Source: Nemertoderma westbladi
Lineage: Eukaryota; Animalia; Xenacoelomorpha
DNA: 64,000 nt
Reading direction: 5' to 3'
Assembly: GCA_032718475.1 (NCBI GenBank)
Contig: JAUCBJ010008717.1
Location: 1 to 64,000, forward strand
In this document: positions 11,956 to 24,272 of the stretch, piece by piece
Layout of the letters: every line of letters starts with the position of its first letter
Position numbering within the stretch: position 1 is the stretch's first letter
Notes under the pieces: model-generated
Seen by the model: only the letters and a program-made list of their open reading frames with translations
The model's database searches: none
What the model was told of the DNA's origin: nothing
Made by a program: the position numbers and the translations under genes

Positions 11956-14830
11956 TTATGTGGCAGCAGTCGGCCACCATACACATGTACGTTTCTCTCG
12001 TTCTCTGTAAATCTTGTCGGTGGATTCCGATGTGCTTTGAAGATCGCCATTTTCGTCAACAAGCATTTCGGAATGGTTAATTTCTAATGGATACAAGCGT
12101 TTCACTGCGCGTTTCAAAACACCATGACGAGTTTTCAATGAAACGGAACGTACATAGTCATTCTGTCCTGGATGGAGCATTATAATCCTCCCTAATGGCC
12201 ATTGCATCCGAGGAAGGTTATCGCTGCCGATTAGAACAATGTCTCCGACTTTTGGAACGACTTCAGTCAGAGATGTTGTACATCGATGTCTTTCACGTAG
12301 TGCTACCAGGTACTCCTGGTTCCAACGTCGCCAGAAGTTACTAATCAATGTTGTAATATGTAAATATTGTTTCCTAACATATATTTTGTCATCGCTTCCG
12401 TATGAGGGATCAGATATAAGTTCTGAAACATTGGAAATAATATTTAAACCATTTAGTTTTCTTCCATAAAGTAAATGAGAGGGAGTTAGTGGAAGTATTT
12501 CATCGCGTTCAGAACTCATGTAGGTCAATGGCCGATCGTTTATAAGAGATTCTATCTCTACAACTATTGTACGCAGTTGGTCAATAGAAACTAAAGATTT
12601 CCCTAAAGTTTTCTTTAATGTTAACCTGGTCATCTTTACGAGTCGTTCCCATGTGCCTCCCATCCACGGACTAGTTGGAGGTATGAAACGCCACACAATT
12701 CGTTGTAAAAGCAAGTAGCTTCGAACGGACGGATCAGAATGTAGGTCTTGTAGATTAATATCAGCAGAAACAAAAGTGGATGCGTTATCACTAATAAGCT
12801 GAGTAGGGCAGCCTCAACGTCCAATAAACCGTCTCAATGCCATTATGAATTCAGTTGTAGAGTTATCGCTAACGACTTCTAAGTGAATGGCTCGTGAGGC
12901 CATACAAGTGAATAAAGCTATATAAGCCTTAGTAATTAATTCGTTCTCCTTAACAAGCAAATATCCCGTATAATCGACACCAGAAACTTGAAATGGATTA
13001 GCAATCCTTACTCGAAATGGTGGAAGTTGAGGTTCTGGTGGAGTAGATAATCGAGATGGGAGCGAATCGATAACGAGCGCATTTAAATCAATCAACCCAT
13101 CCGCATCCGCAGACTCTGTAGCGAATGTAGCAACATCGTACGTATGAGGGTTTCCGCTCGAATTAAATCCGTTGATAGCAAGTTTAACTTTGTCAACTAT
13201 CGGTAGATGTAACTGATTGACAAGACTCTTTAGTATGAATGATCGTTGAGAACCTTGATCGAACAATGCTCGAACTTGACACGTTTGAGCTCTATTGACA
13301 ATAGTAATTAGCGCCGTAGGAAGAAGTGTTGACTGCTGGTCGGAAACTAAACTCGAGAGGGAAGACTCCTGATTTGATATAGCGGAGGTTCCAGTTGGGG
13401 TGTCTGTTCGTTTACTATCACTTTGTTTATGATTTGGTTTTTTATTTATGTGTAGAGTTGTGTGATGAGCTCCGTTGCAAACACGGCATCGCCCTATCCT
13501 GGAGCACCTTGTCCCCTTAACAAATTTGTGTTGTAAACAATTGATACAAAGTCGGAGTTGTATAGCGCGGTCTCTCCTGTTCGCTGGTGAACTATATTCA
13601 GTACAATCTCGTACTGTATGCTTTCCATTACATAGATAACAACGAGGGGTTGCGGAACGACTTGAATCTCGAGATAAAGTAGCAAATGAACCAGCAGTAC
13701 CGCCCGAAACGACCAGGGTTCGGGATCGGAATTTTCGTTAGAAGCGATATGTTCGATTGTGTCCTGTAGCGCTTGACGTAGATCATCCAGCGACCAGTAG
13801 ATAGATCTGGCTGCTCGATTTATGTTGTCCTTAATTTTCATGGGAAGTTTACGGAGAAGGATTTCCACCAACAGGAACCCAGTATCCTCGATATTTCCCT
13901 TAACGTTTTGAATACCACGGATTTGGGCTTCATATTTCGATCTAAAAGTTGCCAGTCCTTTAGTCATGGGAAGTGGCTCCTCTAGATCGAATAACGCATG
14001 TATACGTGCTCGTAGGATGAGCTGTGGTTTTCCGTACGTGTTCTTTAGAAGACTTATTGCTTCGTTGTAGTCGTCGTTCGAACGTTGAAAGTTGCTAACC
14101 AAACAAGCGGCGTTTCCCAACAGCTGTCCTTCCAGATAAGTAAACTTAGTGGCTCCCGCTAGGTCCTTTCTTGAATGGACGGAGTCGTCGAACCGGTCCC
14201 AGAAACTGTTCCATTGGAGAGGATCTCCACTAAATACTGGAAGTTACAGCGTTGGTAGTTTTTGTTTTGTAGTCGTTCGTTGATTCGGATTCGTAGTCGC
14301 TACGTTACCGGTATCTACAGTTGTGGGTTGCCGATCTCCAGCTCCGGGATCGCTATTGGTACCACCCAGCTGTGACACTGGATAAAAAGTATAATTACCG
14401 CCACTTTGGATAAAAGTTTCCGCTTGTCGTACCGCTGACGAGATTTTAGAGCTTTCGTCCTCCGCAATCTCGACCTTGATAACTATGTCATCAGGATCGA
14501 TAACGTTTTGAATGGTATCGTTTATATCATTCAACTTCGTCGATACATTACGCAGTGATTCAACCACGTCGCGGATTGATTCGAAATCTGGGTTAACCAC
14601 GTACGACATAGTAGCGACATTGTCATATAGCAACTCGTTTAGTTGCTTTAATGACCAAGTGACGACACTTCTATACCCTGCCCGTTGACGCTTTAAAACT
14701 GTGAGGTCTTTAGTAGTCGACATTATGACTACGACATTACGTATCGTTAACGTTTATTAGAATGGGTCACCGCACCAAATGTTCTGAATGTTCGGGAATG
14801 GCAGAACAGAAATATAATATATATATAAAA
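11956..14830 (-). mobile_element. Internally deleted BEL/Pao retrotransposon fragment (gag, protease, integrase; RT and RNaseH missing)
   Basis: Gag 14244-14723 and 13494-14120 (DUF1759-like, frameshifted); protease FDQGSQRSFI fused directly to integrase GVDYTG...AIHLE; GGTWERLVK, RPLTY, FWRRWNQEYL, WPLGRI. No matching second LTR found; upper boundary approximate. Confidence 0.88.
14765..14777 (-). promoter_or_regulatory. Primer binding site (tRNA-His-like) of the inner BEL element
   Basis: Minus strand reads ...GAACA TT TGGTGCGGTGACC, one mismatch from the TGGTGCCGTGACC PBS common in BEL/Pao, just upstream of gag. Confidence 0.7.
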
Positions 14831-15147
14831 CATGACCTCGATCAGTACAGCAGTATATTAAGCTTAGGCAAGGTAATACATAATATTGAATCGTAAACAC
14901 TGAAACTCTCAGTACCGTAGTAGAAGTCCTTGTTATAATAATAGGAGCCTTATATAGGGTGGTAATATATACTGTATTTGTTACACAAAATAATTCAAAT
15001 AACTCGAACGAACAAAATAATTCCGTTTCTAATTTAGGCGTACAAAATAATTTAATTGATTTGGAGGATTTAATTGACTTAACTAATGGTGTTGGTAGTG
15101 GTGCTATTAATATGAGCGTGTCGGACGTGCATAACCTGGCAAATGAG

Positions 15148-15403
15148 GGCCTGGTAGGCCGCGTAGTTAGTAGGCAGGAAGTGGCGGGGTTGAGCCAACC
15201 CAAAAGGGGCCTGGTAGGCCACGTAGGTAGTAGGCAGGAGGTGGCGGGGTTGAGCCAACCCGAAAGGGGCCTGGTAGGCCACGTAGTTAGTAGGCAGGAA
15301 GTGGCGGGGTTGAGCCAACCCAAAAGGGGCCTGGTAGGCCACGTAGGTAGTAGGCAGGAGGTGGTGGGGTTGAGTCAACCCGAGGGGGGCCTGGTAGGCC
15401 ACG
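15148..15403 (+). repeat. 60-bp (20-codon) tandem repeat, ~4.3 copies, in the gag region
   Basis: Encodes repeated GLVGHVGSRQEVAGLSQPKR. Confidence 0.92.
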
Positions 15404-15967
15404 CAGTAGTAGAGAGAGAGGCGGGGGTGAATAGACCCAGCCGCAGTAGAGACATTGTGTCGACTAGAGAGGGGTGTAGAAGTGAAGTAAGAGGTAGTGG
15501 AGTGATAGGTGGCGAGTGGGGGGGGGGGGGGCAGAGAGTGCCCCACAGACGTCGACGGATAATGCGCGGGCCGAATTAGGTAAACCGCAACACCCGGCGA
15601 TGGAGAGTAATAGGGGGATTGCAAGTATCCCCAGCGGCGTGCGATCGAGCAGAGAGAGACAGGTTGACATCGCGAGAGGGCGGGCGACGAAACGTCGAGC
15701 CCGATCAGAAGAGGGAAGAAGAACAGTAGAGTTTAACTGGGAGGTCGACAAGAGATCTCACGAGCGGGAATACTGCACTGTAGAGAGAAGAAGAGAAGAA
15801 AGTAGAAGAAGTGTCGTCGCGAACGACAGGAGAGCGAGGACGGATAGTGAGCCGTCAGTAGTTGAGGGGAAACGGAGAGTCAGTGGGGTCTAACTTCGGG
15901 AGATTGCCGTCGCCCTGGAGAAAAGCGACCTGACGAGGCACACTACGCGTCGAGAGAGGGGTACGCG

Positions 15968-18900
15968 ATGTACCGGTACGAGAACGAGAACAGTAGAGGG
16001 GGTCGAAGAGAAACTTCCAGATGGGATCTACCTACCGATCGAGAATATGGTAGCCGCGGGGAGGATTATTCGAAAAGATTAAACTTCGATCCCGAGCGAC
16101 ACATACAGACTGCAGGACATACTGTAGGCCTTACTGCACATGCTATAGGCCATGCTGGCAGAGATAAAGTAGGCGATAGGGTGGCGCGGATTACAAGATT
16201 AAACCCGGAAGTCGCGGAGTATATACCTGTAGGTAGGCCAGAAGTGGATAGGCCTATACCGGTACCAGCACAGCAGTATGACTACAGCATGCAAGGACAT
16301 AACATATATCCAGGGGAGGGGAGAATTGTTGCGGATAGGTGCATGGGCCCCAATATATTAGCATCAACCCCAGTATCAAACATACCGGTGGGGGGGGGGG
16401 GGGGACAGGGTGACATTCCCCCATCACAATATCAACAATATACTCCAATAGGAGCAAGAACATCAAACCCCTTTGACGAGAACAGGTCATGCGACACCGA
16501 GATAGGGTGGGGGCCACTACCCCCTATGACATACCCAACACAGAGAGGGGCAGCAAATAGGACAAACGGATCGCACCCAACGGGAGAATCTATACAGCAT
16601 CCATCAAACCCATTGGAGGCACAAGCAATGGGAATGGCTACATTAATCGATGCCTTAAAGACCAGGATCAAACTGCCACCTGTAGAGCCATTTAAATTTG
16701 ATGGAAGTAGGCTGGAAGAATATCTACAGTTTCGGCGCATGTATAGTAATGAAATACTAACAAAGAACTTGACGCAGGCGGAGTGCCTAAAATATCTGCA
16801 AGTATATACAGGAGGCCCAGCATACGACATCGTGAGGCAGTATCAGGGCATTGAGGGCGGCTTCACGACAGCATGGCGGGCGCTAGACAGGGAATACGGG
16901 CACCCGGCCAAGATCATCCGACAAACCCTGAGAGGTATAACATCGGGTGGCCTACAGGATAATCCCATTAGCATAAAGACATTTGCGAACAAAGTCGAGA
17001 AAGCGCTAATCGTGTTAAAGATGCTGGACGCGCCATACAAACTCAACGCATCTAACAACATCACCACAATAGCGCAGGCACTACCGATATGGCTGCGCAA
17101 TAAGTGGAAGAAAATCGCTTTCTCCACTCGAGAAAGGAAGGGTGTGGAACCGGGTTTAGAAGAAATGTCGAGCTTCTTGAACTACGAAGCCGAATTAATA
17201 ACAGACCCAGTCTATAGCGAGGATAGCCTGGGAAAGGGGCCAAAGACCCCATACATTAGGCCGAAACCAGAACACAATACGGCGAACGCATTGCCAAAGC
17301 TCAGACAATCGCTGCCATACGCGGCGACGCAGGGGACTGCTAGTCCACAAGTAGCCGGGGGTAAGACCACATCATGGAGCGGACAGGGGAAAAATAACAA
17401 CACAAATAAACATAACCCCAACACGCCCAGTAGGCCGAACCCAAGTAATAAGAACAGTAGGGACTTAGGTACGAATGCAAGTGCGATACGCATCGCACTG
17501 TATAAGGACGGCTACAACCCAAAGAGCAAATGCCAATTACATACAAATGCACTTAATCAGACCATGAACTGCAGGTACTGGCAAGCGCTACCCAGGGAAG
17601 ATCAGGTAGAATACGCGAGAAGAAATGAAATCAGTTTGCAATGTGTGATGAGTGGACATAGAGCCGACCAATGCGAAGAAACGCCAATTAAATTCGGTCA
17701 AGGCAAAGGGCAGACGATGGCAACGAGCACCGTAGGGGCAAAGAAAAGAGGAACGGTACTACTCGGGGTAGTACCGGTAAGGATAATCGGGGAAGGCAAT
17801 CGATCAGTGACCACACTGATGCTGGTCGACAGTGGAGCAGCCTTCACCTTAGTCGAGAATTGGGTGGCCGAAGAGATAGGATTGAGAACGAGGCCAAGTA
17901 GAATGGTGGTAACAACCAACTCCACCAAAGATGAGGTCCTGGAGATGAGGACCGGACGGTGCGCGATAGCAGCGGTAGCACCGGGATGCGACTATGGGGC
18001 GACCATCGACCCCATTCAGGTGATAGAGTCGATAAATATCAACGCCAGGCGGCCAACCAACATCGAGGTCGAACAATATAAATTCCTGGACAGTATCGAT
18101 TTCTAAATCCCAGTGGACGTTAGGAAGGTATCCATCATAGTAGGAATGGACTGCCCGACGGCCCACGAGAGGATGCAAACAGTCTTCGGCGAAGACAGGC
18201 AGCGTGACCCGGTGGCGATATTAACGCCATTCGGGTGGACGCTAACCGGCCCAATCAGAACCAATATACCATTCAGCATAACCGAGACTTCAGGGTGCAT
18301 GGTGCCAGGGACTGTTGAGGAGGTCGAGGAGAGGCCAGAGACGGGCGATAGGGGGAGACAGCTAGAAGTGGAAGCACCTAGAGAGAGAACACCAAGAGAA
18401 TGGGCAGAGGAAAATGGCTTTGATGCAGAAGATTTAGAGACAATGGATTGGAACAAGGGTCCCTGCAAGTATCGGTATGGAGATGGAGAGGAGCGGATGG
18501 CGAGATGTCCGGAGGACAAACCGGAGGAGTGTCCGGTGGAGTGTCAGGAGGACAATAGTCCGGAGGAGTGTCCGGAGGAGTGTTCAGAGGAGTGTCCGGA
18601 AGAGACGCCGGTCCGGTTGAGAGGCATACCGACAAGGGGGAGGTCGAGTAAGAATACAAGATGGAAAGGGAGAGGATGTGAGAGGATTAGACCAGGGGCA
18701 GAGAGGCCCGTGGGTGGACATAATAAAGGAGTCAGGAAAGTAGGAGGCGTGTTGCATACGCACGCGGGACTGACAGAGTGCGAGGGGGCATTACATGGGC
18801 AGACGTCGTGTATACTGAAGGACGAACGGGGGTCGTCGAGGCCTTTAATGCCAGCGCACATACTAAGGGGGAGGCCAGCAGAGGTAGTATCTAAGATCAA

Positions 18901-19144
18901 GGATGAAAACAGGGGCGGCATTATACCGCCGAACGACAAGTTGAAGGGTGGCACTTTGCCGCCAAGGGACGACCATGAGGATATCAGAGACATAGAGAAT
19001 AGGCAGCACTTTCCAAATTTAAGGACAGGAGAAAAGGGAAGGTCAATTCCAAGAGAGTTGGAATTGACAAGGAGAGTGGGGCGAAGAATCAGAGGTCCTA
19101 CAGGGGGGCAGTGGGAGAACTGCCTCTTAGAGGGAGCACCTTAG
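15968..19144 (+). pseudogene. BEL/Pao gag-protease of the outer element, with an in-frame TAA at 18104-18106 and no RT
   Basis: LPPVEPFKFDG..EYLQF (DUF1759-like), degenerate knuckle QCVMSGHRADQC, protease MLVDSGAAFT, then in the same frame VSIIVGMD...PVAILTPFGWTLTGP. Confidence 0.85.
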
Positions 19145-19249
19145 TAGCGTAGAGTTTAGTCGTCCAAGTATTGGACTGAGGGGGGTGGGATTGAGGGCGA
19201 GACGCCCTTCCCACAAACAAAATAAAAATATAAAAAAAATAAAGAGAAA

Positions 19250-19770
19250 GTAATAGTACGTAATAGTACGTAATAGTACGTAGTAGGTACGTAGTGAGTG
19301 TAAGTAGGTAGGCAGATAGTAAGAGTTAGCAGTAAGAGGGTACGTAGTACCGTTAGTTAGAGGAGTTAGTAAGAGTAGTAAGAGGGTACGTAGTAGCGTT
19401 AGTTAGAGGAGTTAGAGGTTAGTAAGAGGGTATGTAGTACCAGTTAGTAAGAGTTAGTGGGAGTTAGAGGTTAGTAAGAGGGTACGTAGTGCCGGTTAGT
19501 AAGAGTTAGTGGGAGTTAGAGGTTAGTAAGAGGGTACGTAGTACCGGTTAGTAAGAGTTAGTGGGAGTTAGAGGTTAGTAAGAGGGTACGTAGTACCGGT
19601 TAGTAAGAGTTAGTAGGAGTTAGAGGTTAGTAAGAGGGTACGTAGTACCAGTTAATAAGAGTTAGTGGAGTTGAAGGTTAGTAAGAGGGTACGTAGTACT
19701 GGTTAGTAAGAGTAGTAGTTAGTTGTCGAATTAGTTAGTAAGAGGGTACGTAGAGTACCGTTAGTAGTAA
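19250..19770. repeat. ~52-bp purine-rich tandem repeat in the 3' UTR of the LTR element
   Basis: GTTAGTAAGAGGGTACGTAGTACCGGTTAGTAAGAGTTAGTGGGAGTTAGAG units. Confidence 0.9.
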
Positions 19771-20632
19771 GAATTGGTGGTAGGAGGATATGTATAAGAT
19801 ATAGTATACAGTAAGAGATAAGAGAGCACAATATACCATAGAAATAGTAGCCAGAAAGGTAGGTAGGGTAATAGCACAAAATAAAATAAAAATCGAGAAT
19901 ATTAGTTAGCATTTAGTAGACAGGGAGGTGGATAGATTTGGGGAGAAGCGACTGGAAGAAGTCGCCAGGGGAGAAAGGCCGAAAGAGAATGAGGCGCGTT
20001 ATGTAGACGAGCATATAATATAATATATGATAATAATAGCCTTATAATAATTATATAAGTAACTCACATATATATATTATAAAGTATGTACCGTAGTCAA
20101 GCACCACCTTTTCCAATTAGCTACTGGGACTGGGGATTAATTGACTAGGGCGACAGGACGGGACTTAGACGGCTCCCACTAACATGATATACACATGTGT
20201 GGGGCCCGATGAGTGTGTAAGGGACGAAAGCAAGAATGGGAATCAGGGGGAGAGTGGAGAGGAGATTTTGACAGGATGAGGAACAGTGAGAGGAGTGCAA
20301 TTCGAGTGTGGGGGGGGGGGGAAGAGTAAGAGTTGGTGCGGTTGAGAAGTTGGAATAAGGGATAGAGCAGAGTTAGAGTGGTGAAAGTGTTGGGGAAACA
20401 AAAGTCGTGTGAGAGGAGCGCACAATCGGCCCGACACGGGATGCCAGATGTCTTGGTACAAGATAGGTAGAGTTGTACCAAGACGGGGTAGCGATATCAT
20501 ACCCATAGGGAGCGGCCTGGAAAGCCGACTCCGAGAAAAATAGCTCCACCCCACACCCGATGGTAGATCGGGATCCAGCGGAATTGTAGCGCACTATAGG
20601 TGGATGCTATCTTCTCACCGGGAAGATAGCAT

Positions 20633-20641
20633 GGGGGGGAG
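20633..20641 (+). promoter_or_regulatory. Polypurine tract
   Basis: GGGGGGGAG immediately before the TGT of the 3' LTR. Confidence 0.85.
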
Positions 20642-21204
20642 TGTTAGCGAATTCAATTCCGCCAATCGCCCCACAAAGTTAGATTTAAGCAATATTGGGA
20701 GTACGAGGTTGATTGCCAATCAACCTCGTATCACCCCAACAAACGGGGACGAGAAAACCCCAAAGGACATACACACAATGGGGGTCAGGGGTTATGCCTC
20801 CGACAGAGAGAGAATGACAGCAGCAAGGGGAAACACTCCCAGGGAGATGGGAGGGCGACAATTAAGTTATCAGCCAATGGGGGGCAATCATCAACTGAGT
20901 AATGTAATACGGCCAACGGTGCAATATATATTACCGGTAACCGTGTCATTCACTCACTTTAGTTAGTCAGTTCAGTTAGGGCGGAACGGCAACTTCTATT
21001 ACCGTCCGCTACCGCCACCATATCTTTACTTATTTACCGGTACACCATTTCATTTACCGACTGTGCCTATATTGATTGATTATATCAATTATTATCAATC
21101 AAGAACTTCAGAACTCTTAATCTACGAACCATTTTCACACACACGGCGGGGACGCGTAAATAGAAACCCAAACGGATAAATCGGGATCCGTTGATCCCGT
21201 CACA
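20642..21204 (+). repeat. 3' LTR
   Basis: Direct repeat of 7348-7913, followed by TSD GATAA. Confidence 0.95.
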
Positions 21205-21249
21205 GATAACGTGATATGACTTGCGGGGATTTATTTGAGCAGATAAGCA

Positions 21250-21953
21250 CCCACTACAAGGTGTATAGTGCGATGTATAGTGAACTCATTAAGGCTCCCA
21301 CTACCGCGGAGACACACCATGTATAGTGAACTCATCAGTCACCCACTACAATGGAGACACACCATGTATAGTGAACTCATTAGTCACCCACTACAACGGA
21401 GACACACCATGTATAGTGAACTCATTAGTCACCCACTACAATGGAAACACACCATGTATTGTGAACTCATCAGTCACCCACTACAACGGAAACACACCAT
21501 GTATAGTGAACTCATTAGTCACCCACTACAACGGAAACACAACATGTATAGTGAACTCATTAAGGCTCCCACTACAACGGAGACACACCATGTATAGTGA
21601 ACTCATCAGTCACTCACTACAACGGAGACACACCATGCATAGTGAACTCATCAGTCACCCACTACAACGGAGACACACCATGTATAGTGAACTCATCAGT
21701 CACCCACTACAACGGAAACACACCATGTATAGTGAACTCATCAGTCACCCACTACAACGGAAACACACCATGTATAGTGAACTCATCAGTCACCCACTAC
21801 AACGGGAACACACCATGTATAGTGAACTCATCAGTCACCCACTACAACGGAAACACACCATGTATAGTGAACTCATTAGTCACCCACTACAACGGAAACA
21901 CACCATGTATAGTGAACTCATCAGTCACCCACTACAACGGAAACACACCATGT
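21250..21953. repeat. 45-bp minisatellite, ~15 copies
   Basis: ATGTATAGTGAACTCATCAGTCACCCACTACAACGGAAACACACC units; the last unit resumes at 23061 after a LINE. Confidence 0.95.
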
Positions 21954-23060
21954 TTACGTGTGCTTTATTGACTCATCAAATGCTTTTGATTTAGTAAAAT
22001 CATTACATACTTTTTATAAAACTTATAGATAGGGGCATACCGTTGTTTTATATTCGGGCGATTAAATTTTGGTACAAATTTCAACAATTAGGTGTACTTT
22101 GGGGTGGTTTTATTTCTAACTATTTTCATGTTTCTAACGGGACCAAACAAGGTGGTATTTTATCTCCGTATTTATATAGCGTATATCTTGATGACCTGAG
22201 TAGGGAATTAAATAACAGTAATGTAGGTTGTATGATGTCTGGTGTCCGCTCTAATCATATGATGTATGCCGATGATTTGTCTATGTTTTCAAAAAATTCG
22301 ATTACTGGACTGCAAAAACTGCTACATATTTTTGAAAAATATGCACTTCTACATTCGATTACGGTTAATCTTAAAAAATCCAAATGCATGTATTATTTCC
22401 CTAAATCGTGTAAAAACTCAAATGTAGGACAAGTATCTTTAAATAGTAATAAGTTAACAATAGTGCACGAGATTAAATATTTAGGTCATATACTTTGCGA
22501 TAATACAGACGATAATTCGGATATTCATAATCAATTAAGATCATTTTATAAACGTGCTAATACCATTATTAGAAAATTTGCAAATTGTACTACAGCCGTA
22601 AAAGTTAAATTATTTCGATGTTTTTGTATTCAATTTTATTGTAACGCTTTGTGGTCTAGATTAAATTACTCTGCTTCTGTGCATAATAAATTTAGAGTAG
22701 CATATAATACAGCGGCCAGACGCTTTTTCGGGTACCCTTATGGCTCCAGTGTTTCTTTTATGTTTGGTGTATTAAATATTCCTAAATTTATTCATATACG
22801 TGCTGCAGCAATTAATTCTCTATTTTTACGTGCAACAAATTCGTGTAATACAATGGTAATTGCAACGTTTCATGAGGTATACAAAACGAGTAGAATATTT
22901 TTAATGTGGGACCTATCTTATATTGATGACTAATATATATATATATATATATTTAGTTAGGCTAGATATCCTTGATTGTGCTAATAATATTTTATATATA
23001 TATTTGTTTGTTTGTTTGTTTTTATGGACAATCGTGCCTGAAATAAAGAAATATTATTAT
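21954..23060 (+). mobile_element. 5'-truncated LINE (RT C-terminal half, ORF 22043-22933)
   Basis: YVCFID..AFDLV, GTKQGGILSP, YADD, KYLG; AATAAA and (TAT)n tail; inserted inside a 45-bp repeat unit. Confidence 0.88.
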
Positions 23061-24272
23061 TAGTGAACTCATCAGGTAGTACTTGATCATTATTGATCAG
23101 TTTCACAAAAGGAATTTTCCAAACAGCCAAGAGACTCACCGTTACTTGAACGTTAATCGACTATTTCACCCAGCGAGTAGAATAAATTCACTAATGGTCG
23201 TACTGACGATTCAGGAATGTCAAAATAAATGTAGATAGTTGTGAAACCAATCTGCCATTTCTTAGAAACCAATCTGCCATTTCATAAAAACGTAGATAGA
23301 TATTGTTTATCAAGATAAATATTAATTAATTAATAATTATTATTACTTTTACTTACAGATACTTATTTCTGAGCGGCACTTCATATTATATAAGATTAAA
23401 TAATTATTAACTGGTGGCCATCCATCTACAAAAATTAACAAATTTTTTCTATTTTTAGTGAGTATTTTGAAAAATATAAAGAATAAACAAATAAACTGTT
23501 GAATTTATTGAATTCTTAATTTGCATTCATCAGCCTTTACAGTTAGTATTGAAGCAATGCAGTTAGTTGGGTAGCAACAGCCAGTGGATTTGCTAGGAAG
23601 TGATCCAGCTGGTGAATATGCATTAGGCAACCAGGCAGCGAGCAGCTCAGCATAGCACCATCAATAAGCGTGTCGCTGGACCTCCGTGTAGCATCATGGC
23701 TTAACAACCCCCAATCCCAATGTGGGCAGCCAAGGAATGCAGCAGTTTACTCAGATTACGTATCTGCAATGTATAACAAAAATAAAGACATTCATTTCAT
23801 TTAATTCGGTCTTTGCCGACAATATAAAATAAAAGTGCACCGAAATACGTATTAATACGTATTTATTGTACGTATGTATTAATTACTGCATATCATATCA
23901 ATCCATATCAGCTACAAGGGACTCTATGACATCCCGGTGGAATAGACTGGTGCAGTTTTACTTTTTGTTTGCCTTTTAAAATTTTTAAAATTTTAACGTT
24001 ATATTAACTTCATATATTAACTATATAATATTAACTAGACTATATTAACTATACTATATTAACTTCATTTGCATTTTTGTATATAATTTAATTTTAACTG
24101 AAATCTAATTATGTGTTTGTAATAGTAATTCCATGCGTTGCCAATAGTAACTGAATCTGATAACTTTCCATGCGTTGCGGATTAGAAATACAAATTTTCG
24201 ATTTAAATTGACGCGATTTCCATTTAAGTGAATCAACAATGAGATTATAAATTAAGGAAAACGTTACAATGG

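Larger units (their letters stand above)
7348..21204 (+). mobile_element. Full-length non-autonomous BEL/Pao-like LTR retrotransposon (gag-PR only) with internal foreign segments
   Basis: Two near-identical TGT...ACA LTRs, 5-bp TSD GATAA (7343-7347 and 21205-21209), PPT before the 3' LTR, gag and protease motifs, no RT/RNaseH/IN on its own strand. Confidence 0.92.

Noticed and set aside
16254-18993. Many antisense ORFs over the gag-PR region (and similar ones over pPolB and the kinase)
   Set aside because: Shadows of the real coding strand with no recognisable motifs.
21268-21994. Repetitive ORFs (MYSELISHPLQRKHT)n
   Set aside because: By-product of a 45-bp stop-free minisatellite.
23490-23770. 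Possible terminal exon of a host gene on the minus strand
   Set aside because: An acceptor-like site and AATAAA are visible, but there is no ORF or homology support.
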